Shown: positions 12,239 through 25,299, counted from the first letter of the stretch. The stretch is DNA of 64,000 nucleotides from Lytechinus pictus (GCF_037042905.1 NC_087246.1:20398001-20462000); one strand, 5' to 3'. The notes: generated from the letters alone by a model not told the origin. Numbers and translations: made by a program.

Positions 12239-15200
12239 ATGTCCCCAAAATATCCTTGCCTCGAATGTTCGAATTCTGTCAAGAATAACCAAAATGCTAT
12301 TCTTTGTGTGAGTTGCTCACATTGGATTCACCTCTCGTGTTCATCGGTTGATCATGACTTTTTTCATTCTTCATTGGGTTGGGTATGTAACAAATGTACT
12401 TTTAATGAATTACCCTTCTATCTAGAATCTATGGTTGACGATCCTGGTAGTACTGTGACCAGAGACACAATAAGCAATTTTTCTGGAAAAGGATTGATAA
12501 GTAAAAATAGTAGTATTGGTAAAGGGTTTGTACTATCTCATTTGAATGTACGAAGTCTCCGAAACAAAGCAGACCATATCTGTCATTTTTTATCGCAAAA
12601 TATGATTGAAGTATTTACAATGTCTGAGACCTGGTTAGATGAAACAATCGATGACCAGCAGGTGAATATTGAGGGATATATTTTAGAACGAAAAGATCGC
12701 AATGCTAGTGGTGGTGGAATAGGATGCTATATCAAAGAATCAATTTCTTACACTAGGAGGTATGATATTGAACATGAAAATTTAGAAGTGTTATGGATAG
12801 AGATTAAGATGAAGCAATCGCAACCATGGCTTGTATGTATTGTATACAGACCTCCTAACAGTACTATGGATTTCTTTGAAAAGTTGGAAAATAATATTGA
12901 AAGGGCTCATGATATTACATCCAAAATAATTGTTCTAGGTGACTTAAATTGTAATATGTTGGTAAAAAACGTCTTTTCTACAAAGATTCAGAATATGTGT
13001 GATTATTTCAACTTCCATCAGCTCATTAATGAACCAACGAGAGTAACACCCACCACTCGATCCTGTATTGATCTTATTTTCGTACCGTCCATTGAAAGTA
13101 ATTTCAAATCAGACGTAATCCCTTTGGGGATTAGTGATCACTCCTTGGTATATGTCAATTTGAAGAAAGATTGTAATAGGAATAAGCCAGCGGTCAGTAA
13201 GTTCAGATCTTTCCGCAATTTTGACCGAACCAGGTTTTTGAGTGATGGGGAAAAACTAAATTGGTCCTTTTTTTATAGCATTTCGGATGTTGAATATTTA
13301 TGGCAATATTTCAAAACGTGTTTTAATGAGATGCAGTACGCATGCACCCTTTGTAAGTGTTCGTAGAAAAATCAACGGGTCTCCTTGGATATCTGACGAT
13401 TATTTGAAATTAGCAAGGGAACGAGATTTCTTTAAGGCAAAATTTGATAAATCTGGTAAGGACTGTGATTGGAATACATACAAAAAGAAAAGAAACTCTG
13501 TAAATAATTTAAATAAAAAGTTAAAAAGAGATTACTATTTTTCTGAATTTAATGAGAACGTTGGTGACCCTCGCAAAACGTGGAAAACATTGAAGAAAGT
13601 TTCGTTCAAGAAAAGATCGGGAGGCGTTATCGAGTTGATCCAAGATGGACAGGTGATTGATGAATCTGAGCGTGTTGCATCTATATTCAACGAATATTTC
13701 ACTCAAACTCCGGGTCGATTAAACATTGAACCCAACTCGGAGGAATTACATGAACTGACTGATAAAACCTTTGCATACGTTCCAATAACAGAGGATTTTG
13801 TCTTCAAAGAACTCTCAAAATTATCTGTTTTTAAATCTAGTGGCATTGATAATTTACATCCACGTCTTTTGAAGCTTGCTTCACCATTCATAGCAAAGCC
13901 TCTTACCCATTTGTTTAATTGTTCAATCTCAAGTGGTATTGTTCCAGCTGAATGGAAGAGTGCACGAGTAACGCCCATTTTTAAGGACGGTGACAAGAAA
14001 ATATCTTCTAATTATCGGCCGATTTCGGTTCTTTCACATATTGTAAAAATCTTAGAAAAAGCAGTACACACGCAATTGTATGATTATCTCAATGATAATG
14101 GCCTTCTAAGTGACAGGCAATCGGGCTTTCGCCCGCTCCACTCGACAGGAACAGCACTAGTTGATGTAAATGACTTCTTACTGAGGGGAATTGATAAAGG
14201 ACTCATCTCTGGTGCTTTATTCCTGGACTTAAAACGCGCATTTGACTCAGTAAATCATAAAATTTTGCTGTATAAATTAAGAAAATATGGTATAAAGGAC
14301 AAAGAATTAGAATGGTTTGAAAGCTATCTAAGTGATCGAGTACAATGTGTTGTAGTTAATGGTGCTCAGTCTGGGTTTCGATCTATTAATTCTGGAATCC
14401 CACAGGGATCAATATTAGGGCCCCTTTTGTTTACAATTTTTATCAATGACCTTTGTAATTTGCCCTACTGTGAAAATACTAAAATTTGTTTGTATGCTGA
14501 TGATGCAGCAATATTTTGCCAAGGCAAGGAAATTGCAACTGTTGAAAAAACACTTAAACATGAGTTCAAAAAGATAGTTGATCACATTGAAAAGGATGAT
14601 TTAACATTGAATATCAAAAAGTGCAAGCTTATGCTATTTGGAACTAGAAATCGCATAAGAAATAAAACTGTTTCTCTGACCTATAGAGAAAGTGTTATTG
14701 AGGTTGTAAATGAATTTAAATATCTTGGTGTTGTATTTGATAATTGTCTAAAGTGGGATTCACATATATCGAAAATTGTCTCTAAAATATCGAGAACCAT
14801 ATCATGTATAAAACGCATTAGATTTTATTTACCAAAAAGAATTTTAAAATTGCTATATGATAGTTTGATATTATCACATATTGATTATGGTATAATTTTA
14901 TGGGGCTGTTCAGCAAAGTGCCATCTGGATAAATTACAAAAGCTTCAAAACCGCTATGCTCGTCTGATACTTAATGCACATTATTTAACTCCCCGAATTA
15001 CATTATTATCATCTTTAGGATGGCAATCCGTCACAGATAGAGTTGATTACCAATTTAAAATATGGATGTATAAAGTGATGCACAATATAACCCCCAAATA
15101 TATTCAGGATATAGTGCGCCATAGAACAATACATTTCGAAACTAGATATTCAATTAACTGTCCCCTTTTTATTGAAAAACCTCAAACCGAATATTATAAA

Positions 15201-15326
15201 AGATCGTTTTGTTATCATGGCTCTAAAATATGGAATACGTTATCCCCTTCTCTCCGTTTGGCAAATTCACTTAATTCTTTTAAAAAACAATGCAAATCGA
15301 TATCCCTCACACAAATATGTTTTTAA
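12239..15326 (+). pseudogene. LINE ORF2: N-terminal PHD finger, apurinic-type endonuclease, reverse transcriptase; one frameshift near 13330
   Basis: CxxC..CxxC..WIHLSC..WVCNKC (PHD); SETWL, YRPP, GDLN, SDH (APE); YRPISVL, QSGFR, FLDLKRAFD, GIPQGSILGPLLF, YADD, KYLG (RT). Confidence 0.9.
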
Positions 15327-16330
15327 GATTTCCATGAATACTTTCTGTTACTTTCTGTTATTATAAGTTTATTAGTGATTTTTTTTTTTTTACTTTTATG
15401 TATTACATTTTTCTTTCTCATTGATTGTTATGTACACTTGTTGACGATTTTTTATGTGATATTGTTTTGTTATGTTTTTAATTTCTGTTGATACAGGGCC
15501 CCTTGGTCGAGCAGTTCTTGTAACTGAAAGGGCTACCCTGTTAAAATAAAACGACAAATAAATAAATAAATAAAATGTCTACATTTTCATTTGGCTGAGG
15601 TTGAAGTTTTCGGAAATAATCATGCTACAGTTAATTGTTTGAACTAGATTCAGATTTCAGAAGGAAGATTTATATAATTTACTAGCTACATTTGTGAAAC
15701 TTTAAAGCTACATTGGTTAAAGAATTTCATGGAGGTGATGTTTTGGACCTTACTAATAGAGGTGATTATTTAAGAAACAATCCCTAATCAGGAATCCCCT
15801 CTGTCTCACTGTGTATTTCGAGCACTGCACAGTACTGCATCATTGATGTACTCAAAATTACACAATTACTGCTTAAATACATGTACATTTAATAGTTTCA
15901 GAAAACGATTGCTCATTTTCATGGAAATCTAGAACCTGCTTTTTTTTTAGATTTAAAGTTGGAGAACTTTAAATTGTCAGATCAAATGAATGATTTTAAA
16001 TAAACACACACTATGTGAAATACGTATAGAGAAAAATCTGAATGTACAATTGTTTTAACCATATTGTCTCAGTTTCAAAAAGTCAGATGCCAAAATGTTT
16101 TATTTTTGTGTCTGTATAAAATCACTTCTCAAACAATTCACAAAAAATTATATCAAATAAATTATTAAAAAGCATACATATCAGATTACCAAATAGGAGG
16201 TTACATCTCTTCACAGTCACTTTTGTTTTAAGATAGGAATGATAATAACGTTACACTACAGCTCACTCACTGTCCAAAGATTCTCAAGTCGCTTGCCCAA
16301 CAACAGTTTTCTTGAACAGTCCAATATAAT

Positions 16331-17526
16331 AACAAGTGGAACGCCTCTGGCAGTCTCGCCTGCATTACGCGATTTAATATAGCAGCAGTGCTAACTTTGA
16401 AAACTACTATAAAATAATCATTCACAAAAACACCATTCATATAATGACATAATACCACGTTCATTGACCATAAATGACATTTGAACGGTGACTTAAGACT
16501 TGTCAACTACACCCATGTCCACATTTCATTCACTCTATCTATAAACTTTTAAAGTTATGATGGCAATTCAACAATCACCCCAACATGGCCTAAGTTTATT
16601 GACCTTAACTGACCTTTGACCTTGGTTTTGTGACCTGAAACTCACAGGGGATGTTCGGTGATACTTGACTACTCTTACATGTATATCCCAAGTTTTATGA
16701 ACTAGATCCATAAACTTTCAGAGTTAGGATGGTAATTCAACAAATACCCCCAACACAGCCAAAGTTCATTGACCTTTAATGACCTTTGACCATGGTCACG
16801 TGACCTGAAACTCGTACAGGATGTTCAGTGATACTTGATTACTCTTATGTTTGAGTTTTATGAACTAGATCCGTAAACTTTCAGAGTTAGGATGGTTATT
16901 TAACAAATACCCCCAACACGGCCAAAGTTCATTGACCTTAAATGACCATTGACCATGGTCATGTGACCTGAAACTCGCACATGATGTTTGCTAATACTTG
17001 ATTAACCTTACATGTATGTCCAAGTTTCATGAACTAGATCCGTAAATTTTCAAAGTTATGACAGTAATTCAACAAATACCCCCAACTCGAGCAAAGTTCA
17101 TTGACCCTAAATGACCTTTGACCTTGGTCACGTGACCTGAAACTCGAGCAGGATGTTCACTAATACTTGATTAACCTTATGCCCAAGTTTCATGAACTAG
17201 GTCCATATACTTTCTAAGTTATGATGTCATTTAAAAACTTCACCTTCGGTTAAGATTTTGAAAATAATTCTCCCAACATGGTCAAAGTTCATTGACCCTA
17301 AATGACCTTTGACCTTGGTCATGTGACATGAAACTCAGGCAGGATGTTCAGTAATACTTGATTAACCTTATGTCTAAGTTTCATGAACTAGGTCCATATA
17401 CTTTCTAAGTTATGATGTCATTTCAAAAACTTAACCTTAGGCTAAGATTTGATGTTGACGCCGCCGCGGCCGCCGTCGGAAAAGCGGCGCCTATAGTCTC
17501 GCTCTGCTATGCAGGCGAGACAAAAA
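16331..17526. mobile_element. HINE/DINE-1/pearl-like non-autonomous element with internal ~160-190 bp tandem repeats
   Basis: Starts AACAAG; subterminal GTCTCGCCTGCA (~16353) is inverted as TGCAGGCGAGAC (~17510) in a terminal hairpin; about 5 units containing AAGTTCATTGACC..TGACCTTTGACC..TGTGACCTGAAACTC. Confidence 0.65.
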
Positions 17527-17600
17527 CATACCTGTTTGGCTGTTTCAAATACTGTACATCAGACAGACTTTATAAAGTTAATATTAAATGATCTACTCAC

Positions 17601-17728
17601 CTCCCCGAGTTTTTGAGGCATAGCATCTCCCATGACATCTTTGACGAAGATGAGTTTGCTCATATAGCCCGCTGGGATTGAGTAGCGTTTGAACGCCTCC
17701 CTTAATCTTTTCAACTCATCCTCAGACA
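17601..17728 (-). CDS. USP32: USP32 coding exon 2 (128 bp): (V)SEDELKRLREAFKRYSIPAGYMSKLIFVKDVMGDAMPQKLGE
   Basis: Within ORF 17559-17744; AG acceptor at 17730-17729, GTGAGT donor from 17600; resembles USP32 VTDVELKRLKDAFKR..REVLGDGVPPKVAE. Confidence 0.9.
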
Positions 17729-18740
17729 CTGTAAAGAAATACAATCAATAGTTCACACAGTGATATACATGTACATGTAAGTTTGTGATTGAATCTATGT
17801 CCTGTAAATGAATCTCATTATTCTTAGACGGACTCACCAATTTTTCATAAAAGATTTTTCAAAATAATCATTCCGGGTTGTGAATTTGAATAATGGAGAA
17901 CACTTCTCTTGTTTTTGGAGACCAGAACAACCAGATTCAGGTGGTTTTCAGGGTAAGAAATTAACCAAATTGTATGCAAAGACCAATATCAAAAATAAAA
18001 ATGTTTTACTTTAAAAAATCAATAATAAATTTGGGGACATCTAGGCTCCCTGTACAGAGTGGAAGATAAACTTCTTCAGTCTATGGAGGATTGTAAAATG
18101 CTATCTGTTGCCATGGACATTTTATAATGATACTTTTCCCTAAATATCATGGGACTAAAATGAGAGCCCATCAATATTTTTTCACATTTTATTTATTTTT
18201 AATAAAAAAATCATTGTTCCGAAAAACAAATAGGGTAAACATCCAATTATTTAATGATCTAAATATTTCATACACTGATGCAGTGTTCAGGGATTAAAAA
18301 AAACAATTGAAGTCTCACCTACAAGTATGTAAAAGCCACTAAAAGGATCTTTGATTTTGATAAAAAGCAATTACTGAAACTTACACAATTTTTTGCATTT
18401 GTTGCTCCTCACAAGTACCTGTATGTAATAACATGTGTGTACTGTACATGAACCTACAGTTTTGACAACAGGGGTGGCAGGCCTTTACAAAAAAAATCAT
18501 CACTTGCCCTGTCAGGCAAGTGATAAAAAAATTTGCTTGCCCGATAGAAAAAACTGCTTGCCCGATTTTTTTTCAAAAATTCTTTTGCTCTGAACTTGAT
18601 TTACTGGCGCTGCCCTTGGCATTTCTTTTTCTTGAGTCTTGTTCAAGTTGTTCTGGTCGCCGATCACGACGACAAAAGTCGCCTATTTTAGTCTGACGAC
18701 TCATTGCTTATTTGGTTTGAAGTTGAAGCCGAGTCCTGGC

Positions 18741-19702
18741 CAGGGTCAGACCAGATTTCACAAAATGAAATACAGGACAATCGACAAAAAAAAAGATCAA
18801 GAAAGAAGGCTACACTGTGTTAGACTTGTGAAAAAAATATACAGAATTGGAAGGGAGGGTGAACGAAAGAATGAAGGAGAGAAAGAAAAGAGATGAATTG
18901 AGAAGAAAGAAAGAAAAAAATGAAGGGGAAAATTAAGGAAATAATAAAAAATATAAGAAAGTTCTAATAAAAGAATGATGAGAGAGAGAGAATAAAAATA
19001 GATAAAAAGGTTTCCGTCATTCTTTGAATTGAATATAGAAAGAAAAAAAAGAAAAGAAGGGAAGATGAATAAATGTGTGAAAGTCAAAATAAAGAAGAGA
19101 AAGACAAAACGAAAGTAAGAAAAAATGAGGGGAGGAAAGAAAGAATGAAGGAAGAAAATTTTTCCTTCATTCTTGGAAAGAAAGAAGAAAACAGGAAGGA
19201 AGGAAGGAATGAAGGAAGAAAGGGAAAGAAAGTATAAGGGAAAACAATAAGGACAAAATGAAATAAATAATGAAAGAAAGAAAGGAGGAAAGAGAGGGAG
19301 GAAAGAATGAAGGGAGGCCAGAATGAAAAAAAGAGAAAATAATGGAAGGAGAGAAAGAACGAAAATAAAAACGAGTGGAAGGGAGAAGGAATGAAGGAAA
19401 TAAAAAAAGGAAATGTAATAAAGAAGGCAAGTAAGAGAAAGAAGGAAAGAAAGAAAATGAACAGAGAGAGAAAGGATCAGGAAATAAAAATAGATATGTA
19501 ACAAAAACGGGCAAGAAGTAAGGATAGAAGGATAGAAAATAAAGAAAGAGGAAAAACTTCAAACTTCAGGCAAATAAAAACAATCCAATCATATAACAAA
19601 AATCCTAATGATATTTGGTGGGTTTTTTTATATATTTTAAAATTAAAAAAAAAACTAAAATCTTTTAGAAATGAATAAAATACGGGACGTCTGGTCACCC
19701 TG
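18741..19702. mobile_element. hAT-type MITE filled with purine-rich low-complexity DNA
   Basis: TIR CAGGGTCAGACCAGA / TCTGGTCACCCTG; perfect 8-bp TSD GTCCTGGC at 18733-18740 and 19703-19710. Confidence 0.8.
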
Positions 19703-20578
19703 GTCCTGGCCGAGTCAGTCCGAAGCTTGCATGCATTCAGCGCGATCTCACTGATCGATCAGCCTGTCAATTACGCAATTGCTTCACATATCACTTTCAG
19801 CGAGTGACAGAGTCAAAGAGCAAATGGTGACACTGACCACCAATTTTGTAGATAGATGAAAGCAGTAATAAGGGGCCGATTACACGAAAGGGTCTTTGCA
19901 AGAACCGTCTTTCGTGTCACCCATTTATTATGATGCGCCGTGTGAAACGCATTTTAAATAAATTACCTGCAAAGATATTTTATTAGTACTTTACATGTAT
20001 GTATACATATAAAATCTTTGTTCATTATGTGATATCTCATGAAATTGTATAAAAATTTATTTAAAAGCTAGCTAATTAACTTTTGTTTATCATGAATTTC
20101 AGAAATATCCCACATACAGCACCTCATGAAAGATGGGCGACACAGAAGACGGCCCTAGATCTCTAGACTAGATCTAGAACAAGATTTTAAAGTCTATGGC
20201 AGGGCGGAAGAATACTCCAATTCCCCCCTGTGATTGTACCCCCATACAATGTATACGGCGGCATCATAACCGGCTGGATTTTAGCTAGATTTTGATACCA
20301 GATTTAGCTTCAAAATCGAACATAATCCGTTCAAAATAAGCTCAAATCTATCGATGATTCAGAGAATCCGATAGCTCGTTTTACGTTTCACAACATTTTT
20401 TTTCTCATTTTATGAATTTTGGTGTGTACAGCAATACATTTGACTGGCCCCCCAGGGATTCTTGTTGCAGTGACAAAATATTTTGACTCTTCCAAATCAG
20501 CTCTATGATGTCGTCAAAATGCTAAATGATCGTCTCACTACTTCCACTGCGAGCTCCAGCACATGATTCGACAATTAA

Positions 20579-21051
20579 AGGGATGATCCGGGCTGAAAAT
20601 ATTTACATCTTAATACAAAGAGTAGAAATCACTGAGCAAAATGCCAAAAATTTCTTCAAAATTTCAGTTTTTTTATGTCATTACATAAAATCATATTTTT
20701 TTCATTATTTCATACTTGTGTGAATAATATGTCTCCCTTATAATGAAATAAGTTGCAGCATTAGATATCTAATGCACTAAATCAGTTGTCAATCCAATTT
20801 TTCTAGTTCTTGGAGGAAACAAATTTGAATAAACCGAATTTCATTAAAATACAAAAGAACAAGTGGGGATGTGACATCATCAGCCCACCTAATTAATATT
20901 CATGATGACTGTTTTCACAAAATATTGCTTAAGTTTAAAATTTAATAACTTTTTTATTTGTTATCCGATTTTGATGAAATTTTCGGCTTTTTGCTCAATG
21001 AATTCTACTCTATTTATTAAGCTATAAATACTTTCAGCCCGGACCATCCCT
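20579..21051. mobile_element. TTAA-type (Kolobok-like) MITE
   Basis: TTAA|AGGGATGATCCGGGCTGAAA...TTTCAGCCCGGACCATCCCT|TTAA; interior resembles element at 6755-7459. Confidence 0.8.
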
Positions 21052-21357
21052 TTAACGGATAATTGTTCTAAAGCCATTTCCTATTGGATTTCTTGGTATG
21101 AACGACTGTTTTTAGGCCAAAAAGCGTACACACTGTCCTGAAGATTATTTTTATGTGTTTTTTTATGACTTGTTAATTAATTTAAGAGCTTCATAAATTT
21201 TGTTGTCCCAGTGCTACCTATTCAAGACAAGGATAAAAAAGTGGGAAAGTGACTTCAAAAAATAATACTGTTTGGTAAGTTTGAATAGATAAACTAGCAT
21301 GAATGAAACAGATTAGCATGATTAGGCATCGGAATATCATCCCATGGAAACTGTTGT

Positions 21358-22562
21358 CAGTAGAGGCGCATGGCCAATATTGGAAAGTCTCTTGCAAAAG
21401 AACAAAATAAACAACACCAACAAAAGCGTAATTTTTTCCACCCAAAATTTTGTCTCACTGAGGTCAGAAGCCCATTTGTTTTGTGTGTGGATGACAACAA
21501 AAATCCTTATCAAAACAAAAGTAGACGGTTAGTTTTTAAGGTACATGTAGGCTGCGTTTATGCGACCTCAAGCTAAAATCATGATTTGAATCATGATTTG
21601 AATCATGATTCAAAACACAAACATGAATCACGATTTCACAGAATCAGCGTTTAGACGACCGTCATTCCAATGCTGTTTCTCCTCAGATTCGGGCCAATCC
21701 AGTGCGCATCACTAGTGCGCAGTTTGACAGAGGAAGTTTTTCGCACGTGTTTCGGCTCTCGAAAAATCTTTTGCTTCCAGAATTCAACCTAATTTTGTTT
21801 ACTTTTATCATATAAGGTCCATATGCTTCTATTCATCTTGTTAGTTAATCCAAAATGGTGTTCGGAAGTGAATTTCAGCGTAGATCCAATTTAATATTGA
21901 CACTCTATACTCATCATTGTCTCCAGTTAATTCATTTACTAGAACTTGAAGTTGAAGACATGACCAAAAAATGAAAAGTAGTGGACGATGCGAAGACCAA
22001 CACAGAACTTGAACATGACAAGAAATGCATGCAGAGTAATCATGTACATACAATGAGCATAAGCTTTGCAAGAGTCAAACCGAAAGCCGTAGCCCGACGA
22101 CACAGTGAGGTCATATAATCATGATTCAAATCACGATATCGTTTATTCGAACATTTTCGTACGTGATTCTGCAGAAACGTCTTTCCAAACGCCCCTTTTT
22201 TCGTGTTTCATGTTTGTGATTCTAATCATGATTATATTCAATTTCGACTAAACGCAATCGTGATTCTGCAGAATCATGATTTGAATCATGATTCAGATCA
22301 TGATTCTAGGGTGAAAAAGTGGCGGATAAACGCACCCTTAGATGGTGAAAAGGGGTAATTTTTCATGAGGAATCTGCTTATCACATTTTTATTTGCCGCC
22401 AAGCTAATCCTTTTACAGCAAATGTAAACAAAGGAAATTGGTCTCCTAAACTGGAGACTGTCTCTGATATTGGATACCCAAATTCTTTACAAAAGTCTCT
22501 GATATTGGAGATAATCTCTATCATGGGAGACAGTCTGCGATATTGGCCGTGCGCCTCTACTG
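21358..22562. mobile_element. DNA-transposon derivative with 5-bp TSD carrying a nested Harbinger-like MITE (~21550-22337)
   Basis: GTTGT|CAGTAGAGGCGCATGGCCAATAT...ATATTGGCCGTGCGCCTCTACTG|GTTGT; nested GGCTGCGTTTAT...ATAAACGCACCC with AATCATGATT palindrome arrays at both ends. Confidence 0.75.
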
Positions 22563-23384
22563 GTTGTATGTTCTTCTTCTTCCGTTGAGTACAGTCTTCT
22601 TTATACTATAGTCGTACGTAGACCAAAAGCTTCGGTCTCTGTTTAAAGTCCGTTATATTGGTTGTTCCGCTGAACTCTGTTGGCTCCACTCACCAAATAC
22701 AGAGACCAAAGTTCTAGCTCGATCTGTACAGGGATTCAATGGCCATATGTTTATGTATTAAGTCTGGATAAAAGAGGGAAGTGAAGTTGCGCAACAACCG
22801 AAGTCACTGTTTTTTCCCCTTTTAAGTTTATTTTTCCCCGTTTTGGTGCATTTCAGGCCAAAACGAAATAATAATCTTTATTTTGGTACAATTTTTTTTT
22901 TCTATATTTTTATGAAATAAAGACAAAGATCGATGAGCCCCGTAGGGGGGATTTTGCATTGGGGTTTTGTATACGACAATTACGAATGTTGAGCTGTGTT
23001 TTCTTGAGTTAATTTATCGATTTTATTTTATTTTTATTTGAGGAAAAGTAGTTAACGTTCCAACTTCCAAGGGTAACAGCACGGGCGAGGCCGGGGGTAT
23101 GTGTGAAGTACATTGCACTGTACGTTATAAATGATACCACGTACCCCAACTCAATGATTTTTCTACTGCGCGTGCGCAGTTACGTTAATCTGCCGATCCA
23201 TTTATTGTATTTACACCCTAGCAGTGTGAAATGTTATTGAGTTTTTTTTTAATGAAGTATTCAATAATGAGTGATATAAAAAAAGTTTCTAGTATGGATT
23301 GGAAGTTACATCAATATGAGATTAATATTACATTTCCTAGTCTTTAATAAGGACCTCTTAAATAATAAATAATATTTTATTCAT

Positions 23385-23695
23385 ATATCCCAGGTAGAAG
23401 AACTAGATCCTCTGAAGACCCACTTAAATCAACATATCCAACTAAAAGAAAACAGACCGGAGATAGAACATTCACCGTTGCATCCTCAATGGAATGGAAC
23501 AAACTCCCTCTCACAATAAGACAATCCCCAACAATTGAGTCCTTCAAGAAGTCCCTTAAAACTCTTTTGTTCTAGTCAACTGCCTTCATTTAATATGTCA
23601 TTCTGATTTTTTGTTTGTATAAATAAGTTAACTGAAATTGTGAGCGCTTTGGGCCATGTGGGAAAAGCATGTTATAAATGTTGAGTATTATTTTA
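23385..23695 (+). mobile_element. 5'-truncated 3' fragment of an L2/CR1-group LINE
   Basis: Translates GDRTFTVASSMEWNKLPLTIRQSPTIESFKKSLKTLLF*, a typical ORF2 C-terminus, followed by a short 3' UTR. Confidence 0.7.
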
Positions 23696-24463
23696 AATCA
23701 GTTATAACTTTAGACGATTTTCCCATTCGTTATGTACAAATGAATATTCATTTATTACCTAATTTGCATATTATTATTATTTATTGGTATATATGCACAT
23801 AAAAATTGACCAGCAGCACAAGCTGAAAGGGTCAATTTACAAAAATTCATGAAGTAGAATATACAGATATAACAAGGCAAATATTATTATATTTATGGTC
23901 CCAAGAACAACAGATATGAAGTAAACTTAAAAACTCTGCACCTCTGTGAAATTTGGTGATTTGCCTACCCCTGTTCAAGTTATATCATTTTTGCATATTA
24001 ATTAGGCAATTTTTCCATTCGTTATGTACAAATGAATATTTAATTACTACCTCATTTGCATATTATTGTATATATGCTCACAAGAACAACATATGAATAA
24101 AAATTACAAACACTACATCTCTGTGAAATTTTGTGATTAATTGCCCATCCACTTTCAAATTAAGCCATTTTCCCATATTAATTAGCTGGACTTAGTCATT
24201 TTTTGCCAATTTCCTCTGGTGCCATAGGTAAAAATTTGTGTTTTCCCCATATTTTGAACTCCGTTAATATGAAAACGAAAAGTAGTTCGGACCCAATTTT
24301 TCAGGTACTTGTTGGTGGTTAACAATAACATGTTAGGTGCCCCAAGAAAAAGCAACCTCTATATTTCATCAAGTTTTAAAATAGGTAGCTTTAAAAATTG
24401 CAAAAAACACATTTTTGGCAGGAAATCTGCCTTTTTTCAAAATTTGAATTGGCCGTATCTCGG

Positions 24464-24939
24464 CAACCTCTGGTCCACTTTTCATGATCTTGGTGTCATT
24501 TTACTCGTGCTTCAGAGCTTATTCCAGTAAAACTATTTAAAATTAGATTTACAACACTCCAATTTTTGGGGTGGCATCCCTATTAACCCCCTAATGGTGG
24601 CTGCACGATAGCGAGCCGTCTGTGTACGAGGAGAAATTAAAAAAATATACAAATGTGTAAAAACTCCTCGAAACAGACGGCTGCCAGCTGTCTAACTCTA
24701 ACAACCTCTGGTCCACTTTTCATGATCTTGGTGTCATTTTACTCGTGCTTCAGAGCTTATTCCAGTAAAACTATTTAAAATTAGATTTACAACACTCCAA
24801 TTTTTGGGGTGGCATCCCTATTAACCCCCTAATGGTGGCTGCACGATAGCGAGCCATCTGTGTACGAGGAGAAATTAAAAAAATATACAAATGTGTAAAA
24901 ACTCCTCGAAACAGACGGCTGCCAGCTGTCTAACTCTAA
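24464..24939. repeat. Direct tandem duplication, 2 x 238 bp
   Basis: CAACCTCTGGTCCAC... begins at 24464 and 24702; only one mismatch seen (GAGCCGTC/GAGCCATC). Confidence 0.9.
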
Positions 24940-25241
24940 CTAAGTCGTACGTTGTGCCTTGGCTGTGATATTCTATGCGTTTCCATGGGTGCATGTAGAT
25001 TCCCGACAGGCAGAGTGGTTGCCGCATTGTACAAAATGATGCTTGCTCAAGTTTCTGCATTGCAATGCAAGCGCCGCACTGCATTCAATGCAATGGCAGC
25101 ACGCCGCGCCGTGGTCGTGGTGTCGTGCCTGTGGCTGAACTGTGCTGAGCCCGCTTGCCACTGCCAGCACAGACAGTAGTCAGTAAGTGCAGCGCTGCTG
25201 ACCACAGCCGGTGCAAAAATGTAATGAAATTGGACACTTGC

Positions 25242-25299
25242 CTCTTTTTATTGCCTCCTCGTAAGGTATGATCGAGGGTTTAGACTCCTTATTTCCCAT
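25242..25299 (-). CDS. USP32: USP32 (ubiquitin carboxyl-terminal hydrolase 32) first coding exon (58 bp): MGNKESKPSIIPYEEAIKR(V)
   Basis: ATG at 25299; resembles USP32 N-terminus MGAKESRIGFLSYEEALRRV; phase-1 end joins exon 2 in frame; donor AG|GCAAGT. Confidence 0.88.

Larger units (their letters stand above)
11150..15575 (+). mobile_element. Near full-length CR1/L2-group non-LTR retrotransposon (LINE), antisense within USP32 intron 2
   Basis: ORF1 plus ORF2 (PHD, APE endonuclease, RT), T-rich 3' UTR, terminal CAGGGCCC..GGGCTACCCTG stem and (AAAT)n tail at ~15555-15575; 5' boundary approximate. Confidence 0.9.

Noticed and set aside
18797-19562. 235-aa and 131-aa hydrophobic ORFs
   Set aside because: Low-complexity reading of the polypurine interior of a MITE.
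100-21550. Frequent TACATGTA / (ACATGT)n palindromes as a regulatory code
   Set aside because: Scattered simple motif without spacing pattern; no support beyond over-representation, which I could not test against genome background.
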